DNA from: Lama guanicoe
Lineage: Eukaryota
Assembly: GCA_013239625.1 (NCBI GenBank)
Contig: MU056000.1
Span: 9,993,175-10,057,174 of the forward strand
Reading direction: 5' to 3'
DNA: 64,000 nt
Shown piece after piece: positions 12,881-24,936 of this stretch (position 1 is its first letter; every line of letters starts with the position of its first letter). Position numbers and translations under genes: made by a program. Under the pieces are notes generated by a model. That model had not been told where the DNA came from. It saw only the letters and a list, made by a program, of their open reading frames with translations, and did no database searches.

Positions 12881-14207
12881 ACCTCCCCGCTCAGGAGCCC
12901 AGCCTTCACTCTTCAGGCAACAGGAAGCCACAAAGCACAGGGAGGGAGAGAAAGGGAGCGGGAAGAATGAGTGGATGGAGTAAAGGAAAGCAATTCAGGA
13001 GACTAGAGCGTTGATCAGGGCGTTGTAGGAATCACCCAGATTGTAGATGGTGAAGACCTGCCACTGGGCTGTACTGCTGGGAAGGGAAAGGAGGAAGTGG
13101 GTTTGAGGAAATTGCCGGAGGCAGAACCGTACACCCAGGCAGAAGAAAAGGAAAAGGAACCATTGTTCTGACTTACAGTCACTTCACAGCAGGATATTAG
13201 AGGGTTTGAGCCAAAGGAATACTTTGTGCTTTGGGGAAACTCTTCTTAATAGTCTGCAACATTTCAAAAAGCAAAATTTCCGAAACCAGATCATTTTGCT
13301 AAAATTGCCTACGAGCCTATGTTGTGGATACCACTGGGAGCGCATGAGGCCTTTTCCTACCATGAAGGCTGGAAAGGAGATGAAGGAGCAAACTCAACCC
13401 AGAAACATCTCTTTGGGGACTTTCCCCCTTTAGCAAAGGGATCAGAGAGAAAGGAATGAATTTCAGAAAAATACCCTGGTGGCTCTGTGTTTTCACTCTG
13501 AGACCAGCTCTGCAACATGGTGCCAGGAGTCCAGCATTGCTCCTGGAAGGAAGGAAACAGCTCCCGGGCTGCAGAGTCCAGGGCAGAGCCTAGCTGGAGG
13601 TGGTGACTTCCCATGGACACAGGTGTGAGGTCCACGCTCCCGGTGAGAGCATCCTCCAGATCGCCGACGCCCTAAGACCCACAGCTCCCCGGGAGGCCGG
13701 TGCCCCAGCTCTCCCGCACCGTGTGTACCTTCCCTCCTGGGCAATGGGGACACTTACTTACTCCCCAGGTACTACGCACACTCAGAAAGAAGCAGCCTGC
13801 TACTTATCACTGGAAGGACTTTTGAAACACAATGCAGAAAGGGATCAATACTTCCCAGAGGGGCCATCTGGGCCCCTGAAAGCAAGCAAGGTGGAGGAGG
13901 AGCCCTTCCAGGCACGGAGCTTGGCGGGCAGAGGTACACATGCTCTTTGCCGCCCAGTCACGTTGTCATCAGAACCTTAGCGATCACTTCCGTGTGACAC
14001 TGGCCATATTACAATTCCCTCTATGTTCCCGCTGCTGCCTGGAGGAATTGCAGAGGCCTGACCTCTCTGCTCAGTGAGACAAATGCTCTCTGCCCCACTC
14101 ACCCCATCAAATAGTGTCTTCTCAACTCATAAGGAGCCCCCCATCCCCATCCCCCAGAGTCAGAGCAGCCAGGCAAGTCGGGGAGTGTGAACAGCAGACT
14201 CAACACA

Positions 14208-14797
14208 CTGAGAATGACGGACTCAGCTAGAACACCTTTCTCTTCTTCTCTGTTCCTTTTTCCTCCCCGTATAAGCCGCTCTTTTGGCCCTTTCCTGTTT
14301 GCCCATTTCTGTTCCTCTCAAACCTTATAGAAAGGAGATCACCAAACAACTGAACCTCACTCCTGACTTGTGCTCACACCATGGCACCGTGGCTTGCCTA
14401 ACCTGTTGATTCTTTTCCTAGATTAAAAGAAGTAAGAATGAAGAATTAAGTAGTTACAGAATGACTAGCCCTCTCCCCCCAGTCGCCCCCTTAGCAATCC
14501 TGGCAGCAGATCACGCCGGTAAGATAACACCTAAAGAAAGATAATGAGGAGTCAGCCAGTCTGCACGTGAAGGAGAACAATGCAGAACCCAGCCTCCAGC
14601 CGCCATGGTTCACTGAGATTCTTCCCTTTAAAAACTGTCATGACCAAGCACGACTCTTCAGAGTTGGTCTTGGGACACAAGTTCACCTTCTCCACAGGTT
14701 GCCAGCTTTCTGATAAAGCAACTTTCCTTTCTGCCAACACTTGCCTCTAGAGTATTGGCTTTCAAGCACCAAGCAGCCAAAATTGAGTTTGGTAATA
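14208..14797 (+). mobile_element. ERV1-like solo LTR (5' boundary approximate)
   Basis: TATA-like CCCTTTAAAAAC, GATAAA poly(A)-like signal, and U5 end GTATTGGCTTTCAAGC...GAGTTTGGTAATA. Confidence 0.7.
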
Positions 14798-16653
14798 CCT
14801 GCTCCTGCCTCCTGCCTTTTAAGTCTTCCTTCTCACCCACCGTGGACTCAACAGGACCTCACCACCCAGAGCAAAGAGAAAGGTCAGGAGAAATTTAGGA
14901 GAATACAGTATCTCAGGTCAAAGCGAGTCAGACCAGGGAAGGATGACATCATTCACCTGGAGAGCAGACTCAGCTGCTTCCTCTTAGACCCCAGACTTTA
15001 CAAGAATAAAGACTTCAGCCAGTCTTTGCCGTGCCATCCATTTTCCTACACCTCAGTGTGCCTTATGGGTATCTGTTAAGAAGCTTGTCACAAACTAATG
15101 CTTTCCAAATGCCTCAGTGACTTGCGGGCAGTTCGTTGACGACAAGAAAACCTCACTTATCAGGAGCTCGACCCCCGTGTGCATCTGCTGGAATGTGCGG
15201 CTGAGTAGGTGTCTCTTACTACAGACACCGACGGAACAGATTGCAAATGCCCCATTAGCATCCACTTGCCTCCCATAGCCGCAGAGGTTGTCAACATTTT
15301 AATCACACACACAAACACACATTCAAGGTTGATGATTTTTAAGATCTGCTTTAACTTGGAACTTAACCTGTTTAAAACTCTTCAGTGGCTCCCCACCGAA
15401 TTGGTGAGAATATCTAAAAGCCTGCAACGGGCAAGGCTCTGCGTCAGCAGTTCTCAGACTTTCTAATCTCAGAGTCCCTTTACACTTGTCAAAGGTATCA
15501 AGGACCTCGAAGGATTTTTATGTCTGCGGGTTATATCTATCAACATACACCATATTAGAAATGAAAACTGAGAAAGCATTACCTTATGGATGTATGTTAA
15601 ATAATAATAATAAAGCCATTACACAGTAATATAATTAACATAAATAATAAAAATAAATAAATTATAACATAATATATTAATCTGTAATTAATATGCATAG
15701 TCATATTTGTACAACTATCACAAATAACACGTTTATAAAGGCTAACTCCATTTTCCAAAACAAACCATTTTCAGTGAAAAGACTGGCACTGTTTTACATT
15801 TTTGCAAATCTCTTAAGTGCCTGACTCAACAGAACACAACTAGAGTCTCACATCTGCATTCAATCTGTTGTGATATGTCATGTTGATAAATCTGAAGACA
15901 AGCAGCCTCACGCAGACATGCAGTTGGGAAGCAGAAGAGCGTTTCATGGGCATTTCAGATCACTGTGGATGTTCTTTTTTTGATACTGCCCCAAATCTCA
16001 GCATGTGATCAGTTCTTAACAGTTAGCTGCAGTGTGGAACACAAAGTCATGTCGGTGACCTCTTCATATTCTACTGTATTGAAATCCACTGGGCTATTTG
16101 CTCTTTGGATGGATCTTTCACCCACACATGATTTTGAACCATCACGCGTTGGTCATTTGGAAAACACTGGCTCACTGAGTTAGGCAGATCTTCCCAAACC
16201 TGTCACAGCATGTTTATACAATATTAAAAAAAAAAAGTCTCTTAATATCACCTCCCATTTCATTAGAGAAGTCTTGACGTATTAAGAAAACAATCAACCT
16301 GACTGTGACGTAAGTTTTCCAAGATTCTAGCTTTCACTTGGAAGCTCAAAGTTTATTATTGGCAACAAATAATATCACTTTGTTCATTTTTGAGAAAATA
16401 TCTGGCAGGTATTTAAGTCTGCATGATCATAGTTTGATCATCTGCCAGTCATCCCTTCAAGTAAAACCAGTGCTCCCTGAAGCGTGAGGCTAGTTCAGCT
16501 CATAACTCAAGACAGCCACTACAGCTGGAGCACACGGAGCACTTTATGTATTCCCCGTTCCATTACACAGGGCTTTTTAAAACTATACTCAAGAGAAGAG
16601 GTTTAATAAGAAGTAATCATTTTCATAGCTTCAAGGACATTTTAAAGTGAAAC

Positions 16654-16655
<2 letters not shown>

Positions 16656-16706
<51 letters not shown>
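16656..16706. repeat. (TA)n microsatellite
   Basis: Interrupted TA run read directly from the sequence. Confidence 0.95.
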
Positions 16707-16707
<1 letters not shown>

Positions 16708-16852
16708 TTGCAAATGTATGTGGTGAAGATTACAATGATTCCCAGTGCAGCCTTGATTTGTACCAAAGTCCCACTGGTTTTACCCACCTTTGATTTGCAT
16801 TTTGACAGTGACATATCACAATGGTGAAAAAGGCAAATACCATCTTAGCACT

Positions 16853-16998
16853 ATTTTTTAAATAAGTTTTTTGTTGCTGTTGTTCAGGGGAAGTAATGAG
16901 GTTTACTCATTTATTTATTTTTAGAGGAGGTACCAGCGATTGAACCCTTTTGTATGCTAAGCATTTGTATGCTACCACTTGAGCTATACCCTCCCCCT
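16853..16998 (-). mobile_element. tRNA-derived camelid SINE (Vic-1-type)
   Basis: Minus strand GGGGAGGGTATAGCTCAAGTGGTAG...GGGTTCAATCGCTGGTACCTCC (Pol III A and B boxes). TSD CCATCTTAGCACT at 16840-16852 and 16999-17011. Confidence 0.88.
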
Positions 16999-17149
16999 CC
17001 ATCTTAGCACTGTTATGAAAACCTAATTTGACTTCTCATACTTCCTGAAAAGGGTCCCAGGCAACACTGGGGTTCCATGGACCATGCTTTGAGAACCCCA
17101 GCCCTCCACACTCTGACTTCTGCCTTCCTTTCAGCTTCCTCCTCCCTCA

Positions 17150-17480
17150 CTGGCTTGCACTGGACTCCCCCAGGAGCAGACCCAAGAGACAGGGATCCAA
17201 GGACAAGTAGTTCATTTGACCCCCAAGAAGTACTGGACAGGGAGTGGAAGTGTCACATGAAGAAGAGAAAGAAACCAGTCCATGATGTGTTCACGAGCAG
17301 GTTCTCCCTGCAGACAACTGGGGCTCAGTCCTGCTGGGAAGGATGGAAGAGGGAGTCGAGCATGCCTCAGAGTTATCCCGCCTGAGGGATGACGGAGCCG
17401 GGGCATTTATCCTCCAACTCTTGTCACCATCAGCTAACAGCTACTTGCAGGGACCTCCTCTACCCGCTCCCCCTCCACAG
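17150..17480 (-). mobile_element. LTR16-like ERVL LTR
   Basis: Contains CCCCAGGAGCAGACCCAAGAGACAGGGA...CAACTGGGGCTCAGTCC...GGGGCATTTATCCTCCAACTC. Confidence 0.65.
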
Positions 17481-19504
17481 CCTACAGATGCTACTTCCCT
17501 GCTAGTGTGCTGATCCTACAAATGCATGTGTATATGGACACATGATCCTCAAATGAGAAAAAGGGAAATGCCAGATGCTCAATTCGTCTTTCAAAGTTTC
17601 CCAAGAGCCATCGTGTGCCTGAATTCTGCACCTAACACGGAAAGCACAAATGAAACCCAAATGAAGAACAAATGAATGAGCGATGCATAAGAAAGAGCAT
17701 AGTGATGGCAGAAAATAGCTTTCCCTTCTGGCTTTCACACAGATTGGATTTTATTCTTCCAAAGTAAGCAGCTAAGACATATTTTGGCACTGCTTACTTG
17801 CAGTGCCAAATAGCATAAACCAGGAGAAAAACTTGATAGAAACTTTACAAATCACCCAGTAACACATGATTCATTTTTATGTCTATTACAATTTTCAAAT
17901 ACCTTGTCGGTGGAATAGAAATCTCCTTAGTAAAATCTATTTCTTTTGTCTGGCGCTTTAAAAGAACTGAGCTCTGAGACTGACAGTAGGGTTCACAAAC
18001 CCTTTTTCGGGGTTATTAAATCCACTGCTGGGAAAATGCTAATTCCCTGGAGCCTTTTTTCAAGCTCAGGTCTGCAGGAGATTCAATCCCAAATTTAAAT
18101 GCCCAGGTGCATGATTTCATATGTGCTTTGAATAATGGTGTCTGCTCTCAGCAAATCAAACAGAATTAGGAAAAGCAATTGCCTGCAGGGGTTTTCATTT
18201 TGTATTAGTGACAGGAGATCATTCACAGGCCCCTCCATTTTAACAATTCAGCATTGTGGAATTAGGAACCTTTCCACAAATCCACCATGGAACTCAAAGT
18301 GTTCGTTTTCTTCCTATGATGGGAGGTGAAGGAAATAGGTCTTCTGAAATGCAGGCAATGTCAAGGCAGATGTGGGAGGCATTTGCTCAGCGAAAAACGT
18401 GTGTATCTTTTTTTCTTACAGAAGAGAGATAATATTTGATTATAATTATTTCCACAGTGCTGGAGATGCTGGTCCTGATCAAGGAAGCTAAGTAATTAAA
18501 ACAAAATACACCGAAGCGTAAGAGGTCAAAGAGAAGCAAACAAATAGAAACATGGAAGTGAAACTATGACGGATGATCAAACATAACCTATGCCTCCCAC
18601 TCATGGCAGAACTGCCGAAACCTCCAAACCCAGATGGTCTTCAAATACCTGGGGCCCCCATATCCCAGGAGTGGCATCCTTAGGCAGGCTGCAGATTACA
18701 AAGCATCCGAAAGAAATACACATGAGAAACCAGAGGGGCTTGGCTGGCGGCAGAAGGCAGCCCCTGACCAGACTGCACGCCATACCCCGTATTCGTGGTC
18801 CTTGGCTTTAAGTTTGCACCTGGCTGCCCAGGACCTGCTAAGAGACGGTCAGGCGAGCCCACATTTGGAAAGCACAGGGCAAGATGTCACGAGGCTCTCT
18901 AAAGAGAGACTACAGAACATTAGTGGGTGGGGAGGCCCCTTAAAAGAGCTTTTACAGCATCCCTGAGACTCACTGCCCTTGCGGAGTAACCCTGCAGAGT
19001 AGCTCTGGCATCTGCCTAATTGTACTCTTAAGCCTGGTGAGCAAGACTTTACAAGCTCCGACTCCTGCTAACGTCATCAACAGTATATTTCCACTTCTGC
19101 TAAAAGCCTGACATTTGGTACCTTGGTCCTCCTTCCTGCTCATTGTCCTCCCAGTGGCTTTCCTCATGAGTCCCCTGATCTTAATATCCCTGGACCTGGC
19201 TCCCCTCACTTCTGTGTCCTCTGGGAAGCAGCTTGCCCACCAGTGGGGCAGCAGCTGGATCCTCTGAGAATTCCAGCGTCCCAGGGACCCAAAGAGAGGA
19301 AACTCCATTCCAGAAATCGGTAACCTGAGCCTTGAAATATTTCCAAGTCTCTGAAGGCTAATTTAGCCCCCACCCCAGACCTCAACCATCAACAGAGCTT
19401 TCAGCTATTTTTAGTATTAGAACAGGAATCAGAATGGGCTCCGAAGAGCAGAGTGCCCCAGAAGAGCCTTGGCACGTGTGCTGGTACGTGTGCAGCGCAA
19501 ACGC

Positions 19505-19725
19505 TTACAGTTACTGGTGCTTGTCACGTGCCACGTTCAGTGATGAGCTGTCAATACATATCTACTTATTTAAGCCTCACAACAACATTATGGGGGCAGA
19601 CGAATGGCTGTAGTGCCCATCTTAAAGGAAATGGAGGCAAAGAAAGGTGAAGAAATTTGTCTAAATGACACAATCAGAAAGTGGCAGAACTGGGAGTCGC
19701 AGCAGGATGGTCGGTCTGTACAGCC
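19505..19725 (-). mobile_element. MIR SINE
   Basis: Contains TTTAAGCCTCACAACAAC...GAAATGGAGGCAAAGAAAGGTGAAG...AAGTGGCAGAACTGGGA. Confidence 0.65.
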
Positions 19726-20164
19726 TGGCTACCAGCGTGACCCAGATTTGAGGACAACGGGGTGAGACAACAAAGTGTTTATATTTCTGGTTTACATCCA
19801 ACTATTATTTCTTTTTAAGAAATGCTGCAATTCGTATTTTAATCATTCACTTCACTGTATAGGCATGTATTAAGCTCTGACGCTTTCTTTGTGGATTAAA
19901 AACTTTGTGAAGTAAATCAAACAGGTGTAAGTAAATATGCTATAATTCTAGAGCCATCAATGAGATGTTTGGTTCAGAAAGATGGTATTTGTGAACCCCT
20001 GTGGAAACTTCCAACCCCCAAATAACAGAGGATGAACAGGGGCATGGATCCACCCAGTAAGGCACCCTAGTCTTGAATGTGTAATGTGCTTTCTCATTCA
20101 GACAAACTCCAATCACCATTTTAAAGTGAACTAACTCATGATGAGTAATGAGGATCTAAGTGCA

Positions 20165-20920
20165 GCCAAAGGGTTGGTCTAAGTGTTGCCGGTTTAAAAA
20201 GAAATGTTTGGTGGGGAAACATGGATGAGTATGTTGCATAATCAGATGCTGAGGATGAAGGAGATGTCAAATTCTAGGTCCACAGATATTTACTGAGCAT
20301 TTTCATCCTGCAGCGGCTATAAGAGCTGGGTAAGATCAGCTAGAGACATCTCTGATCTCAAGGTGCTTACATACAAATTTGAGAAGCAGAGAGAGAAGGC
20401 AGATACAAAAATAACAAGAATATAAAGTAGATTTATCATATCAGGACAACTGCAGACAAAAGGAAAAATATGCCCAGGATTCACGAGAAGGGAGAGATTT
20501 CATACAGCTTGGGACCGAAAGATGGTGTTTTAGGGACTTTTACGGGCACAGAAAAGGGTTGTGGGCATGTGTGCACCCTCTCTGCCCCTCTTCCCCTGCC
20601 CCAGCCTGAGGTTACAAGTCCAACCCCACTCTCATTGGAGGCTGTGGAATGATGCTGGTGGGTCCTCCCTCTCCTGGGCCAGGGTTGGAATTCTCTGCTG
20701 ATGCTTCTGACTCCATCCAAGCATGTCTACTGTCCAGGTCCCTCTGAAGTCACAAGGAGAGGGTCTGGATTGCTACCAGAGTATTCTGTCCCTTGCGGAA
20801 GACCAAGGAAACAGCCTCTGTTGCCAAAGTGTTGGTCTAAGTGTTGCCTATTTAAAAAGATATGTTTAGGGGGGGAAACCCCACGGATGAATATGTTGTA
20901 TAATTTGGTATTGGGGATAA
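20165..20920 (+). repeat. Local imperfect direct repeat of ~95 bp (20165-20259 and 20823-20920)
   Basis: GCCAAAG(G/T)GTTGGTCTAAGTGTTGCC..TTTAAAAAGA.ATGTTT.G.GGGG...GGATGA.TATGTTG.ATAAT is present in both copies. Confidence 0.85.
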
Positions 20921-21709
20921 AATAAAAATCCTTAGAGAAGCCAGCATTTTCAGGAAGGAAGAGGGCTGCAATGTTTGGCATTCAGGGGGATGTAAACAGC
21001 ATGCTAGCCTAGAAGACAGGATGAGTAGAAGGACGAAGAAAAAAAATCAGTTTGTAAACAACTAACCCACTGCCTACGTGGAACACGTGATAAAAAAAAG
21101 GCTGGTTAGTAGGAAGACATACCTATTGGGTTCCTAACTAATGCTGTCCTATGAGTTATTTCTTCCATTGTGTTTGCTCAAGTTTGCATGTTACATTCAG
21201 ACAGATGGCATCCTTCTACAACAGTCAAGGTAATGTCCCAGATTCTTCTCTGTATTTGATTGCTGTGATTTAAAAAAAAAAAAACAACTACTGACAGGGA
21301 CTTTGGAATCACTTTAACATACACAGGGTAACAGCAAATATAAGGAGTAAATATCTATTATAAATGTAAATGTCTAGCAGTAAATGTCTCTGATACAGTA
21401 GTGTATATCTACTTTGTTTAGAGTAAACTCTGCAAGTTACATCCTTTTTGTTAAAATGGATAATATTTAAGTACACTTGATGTGGCCAATTAATGCATAA
21501 TGCAGTTTGGAGGCATTAATCAATTTAACAAATTATGCTATTTTATAATATCATCAACTTGGAATTCTTATGTAAAAGTCAGTGAAACAGCCTTGAGTGC
21601 ACAGTGCCTCAGAGTGCTCACGATAACGCTATTAAGCCTGAGTTGCTAGGCTTGTGGGCTACATTTTCATCTGAATTAATATGATTCAGCCCGAAGGCAA
21701 AAGAACATA

Positions 21710-23470
21710 TTAAAATAGGGCTCCTTGGAGAAATGGCTAATTCTAGGACTGGAGCAAGAAAGTACTACATGCTCCTGGAACAACCTGTTAGGCCAAAAAG
21801 TAAGGAAAGTAAGGATGGAATTAAAAGGACATAGGAGCCAGCTTGAAGGACCTCCTAACTGACCAAATATGGAACAATTTTAGCCCCAAAATATACTAAA
21901 AATTATTCATTATATCCTATAATTCATGGTATAAAGTATAAATTAACAAGCCCATACTGATTTAAAAAGTAAATGAGGGAGAAGAAAAAGTGATTCCTCA
22001 CAGAAGAAGCTAACTAACAAATGTAGAAAAACCGAGAGTTAGAAAATCATCCTTTGATAACCATCATGGTAACAGCTAATTCAAGAATTATCAATGGCTG
22101 CAAGACATAGGGTGAATGTATGAAGAACAATAGGGAATTTACATAGTTCATAGTACTTCTCAACAGCATACTTATAAATCACAAAAGGGCAAATAGTGAT
22201 TTCCAGTGAAAAAACCTGACACATACTACATTAATCAAGGATTGAAGTTAACATCACCACTAACAGGACAAACAGGCATCAAGTGTCTCCTGATGTGATG
22301 CACTGAGAAGAACACAATATCACTCATGCAGGATTTGCCCAGAATATATAACCTAATGTAGTTGTTACCAAGGCTGTTGTCCCAGAATCATACCACCACC
22401 CCTCCCTCAAATAGAAACCTATTGCTTTTATCTACATTTCAGGAGGAAACTGCAAAGAGACAAAAAACAAGGACTGGTTAGAACCAACTAGGCTCAAGAT
22501 GGCAGAAGATTTGACTTCCAGGAGACCATGAGCCTGGTTATACACTCATTGTACTATATTAGCATGCTAAAGACATACCCACCAGCACCCTGACAGCTGA
22601 CGATTGCCATGACAACAACCAGAAACACCCATGCAAGGACTGAAAGGGAGTGTTGCATCATTTCCAGGTCCAAACCACACCCCTATTCTCGGATAAGTCA
22701 TGAATGTCTTTCCTACTCTTTCCAGTTCCCTCCCTTTTTACCTGACTGTCCTATAAATTTGGTCTCCGCTCAAATTGAATTGGGAAGTTGATTTTCAAAC
22801 TAGGTTCCTGCTTCTCCATTCTTTGGCCCTTGAGTAAAGTTTGTGCTGTTCCAGCCTCAGCATCGGTTTCATGATTGGCTGCGAAAATCCAATCAGAAAA
22901 TGAACCTCTCTGGTGGAGACAAAGGGTCTCGGCCCGGGCTAGGACCTCAGCTCAGGTCCAGTCAACCAGTTCAGTCACATAATCAACAGGAAAGGACAGC
23001 CTACAAAATAACCGACCAATAATCTTTTAAAAGCAATGACATGACAGATAAAGAAAGGTTGAAGAACTGTTTCAGGTTAAAGGCAAAAACAAAACCATGG
23101 CAACTAAATACAATGTGTGGTTTTGAAGTAAGCTCCAGATTAGGGCTGGGGAGATGAGAGAGAGGGGCAGGGACTGCCGTGATATTATTGAAATAATTAG
23201 CGAGATCTGTACATGAGCTGGGTAACAGATAATACTATTGAATCAATGTTAAATTTTCTGAATTTGCTATCTGTGGTTAAATAACAGATTCCTCTTGGTC
23301 TTGGGAAATATACACTGAAACATTTAGGGATAAAAGAGCATGCTATCTAAAACTAACTCTGAATGGTTCAGGAAAAGCAAATGTGGCAAAATGTTAATGA
23401 CTGGTGAATCTGGGTGAAGTGCATACCTTTGTACTATTTTCACAACTCTTCTATACACTTGAAAGTATTA
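21710..23470 (+). mobile_element. Old L1M (L1MC/MD-like) 3' UTR, split by an ERV1 LTR
   Basis: Contains AGGGCTCCTTGGAGAAATGGCT...CCTGATGTGATGCACTGAGAAG...AAATGTGGCAAAATGTTAA...GTGAATCTGGGTGAAG. Confidence 0.8.
22363..22979 (+). mobile_element. MER41-like ERV1 solo LTR (617 bp)
   Basis: Termini TGTTAC...GTCACA; 4-bp TSD TAGT/TAAT; MER41-like core CAAGATGGC...ATTAGCATGCTAAAGACATACCCACCAGCACCCTGACAG...TGCCATGACAAC; TATAAA at 22752; AGTAAA at 22833. Confidence 0.82.
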
Positions 23471-23529
23471 AATGATGCATTAACATCCCCTCCTGTCATT
23501 TTGTTCCAGGAGTCCATAATAGTCCTACT

Positions 23530-24200
23530 GATGGTAACAGCTACCATCTCAGGAAGTCCTACTGGTTATCATCTCTGCCTTATGGACAGCACATTACAAT
23601 GTCTCATTCCATTTTCGCCACAATACAGTGAGGTCATTACTATTGTCCCAATCTTACCAATGAGAAAAACAGAGATTTAGAAAGGTTAAATAATAGGTTA
23701 GATCAGGTGACTACTCAATCAATAGTCACACACACAACCTCCATGAGCAAAGTATACATTCCCCATCCTATATTTGTTGGGCTTGGGCCATGGGATTTAA
23801 TTTGGAAAAAAGGGATGTTAGTGGACAAGATATGAGTAGAAGTTTAAAATGTGATTGCATGGTTGGGCTTACACTTTTGCGCTTCTGCCATCACTATAAG
23901 AAAAACGTGTCTTGGGTAGGTGTTGCTGGTCCAAGGAGGATGAGAAACATGTGAAGTGGTCCTGGACTTAAGTCACAACATGAACACAAGCCCAGGTGAG
24001 CCCAGACTAGATCAGTCAACACCAAGCAAACCCAAGGATGCACACTTTGAGACAATACGGAGCTTTAGCGTCGTTTGTTCTATCACATTATGGTGTCAGT
24101 TGGTAACTGAAACAGCTCACACGGCTGAAATTACACAGATAGTAAGAAGTGGAACCAGGATGCTCAACCAACCAAGTTGTTGTGGTGCCTTACATCACGC
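23530..24200 (-). mobile_element. MIR SINE split by an MLT1 LTR (pieces ~23530-23693 and ~24115-24200)
   Basis: CAATGAGAAAAACAGAGATTTAGAAAGGTTAAATAA continues after the LTR as TTACACAGATAGTAAGAAGTGGAACCAGGA. Confidence 0.7.
23700..24114 (+). mobile_element. MLT1I-like MaLR solo LTR
   Basis: Contains TTGCATGGTTGGGCTT...CTTCTGCCATCAC...GCTGGTCCAAGGAGGATGAGAAACATGTG...GTAACTGAAACA. Confidence 0.8.
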
Positions 24201-24817
24201 CTGTATCAAAGAGCATTTCCAAGAGCCTTGCTATTCACAATGATAATTCATGACCCTTAAAACTCCTAAGACATTTTCTGAATCATAAATTAAAAATGAT
24301 TATAGCAAAAGTTGCAAATGTGTTTTATCTTCATGTTTTAGTAATTGGTAATTATAGTATATTTAATTAATCTTTCTGTTTACCAGCCTGGTTAAATGGT
24401 AATTTCATTTTTCAACTTCAATAACCATCCAAAATATTCAATATACATAGATTTCAAGTGGTGTGAACTAGAGGCATTGCCTGAATAATCACCAGCTTCT
24501 AATGTCAGATGGAAAAATCAATTCTGTAAAAAGTGGAGTGAATTTTCTAGCAAAGGTTTTTACTCATCTGTGTCCTAAGACATAACAGAATAGATTTCCT
24601 TGGATATTTTGGCTCTCTGGTTTTAGTCTTACTCAGAACCCAAGATGAAAAATCACACCTGTTCTCAAATTTTAGATCCAAAGAAAATTTCCCATTTAAA
24701 TCTAAAGAGAAGTTGTGTTTGTTAGTTTTTCCCAATTACTAAAAATATCCCTACACTTTTGCTAAAATATTAAAAACATCTTCTTTTTACAAAGGAATTT
24801 TTTTCAGCCAAAAAAGA

Positions 24818-24856
24818 TTTCTTCCTTTCTTTCTTTCTTCCTTTCTTCCTTTCTTC

Positions 24857-24935
<79 letters not shown>

Positions 24936-24936
24936 T
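24818..24936. repeat. Compound (CCTTTCTT)/(CTTT)n microsatellite, ~119 bp of pure pyrimidine
   Basis: Read directly from the sequence. Confidence 0.97.

Larger units (their letters stand above)
15445..17101. mobile_element. Near full-length Charlie1a-like hAT DNA transposon containing a SINE and AT expansions
   Basis: Terminal inverted repeats CAGCAGTTCTCAGA and TTTGAGAACCCCAG; internal GGCACTGTTTTACATTTTTGCAAATCTC and CTGCATTCAATCTGTTGTGATAT. Confidence 0.8.

Noticed and set aside
14208..22979. Provirus bounded by the two ERV1 LTRs
   Set aside because: The LTRs are dissimilar, the second has its own TSD, and no gag/pol/env lies between them.
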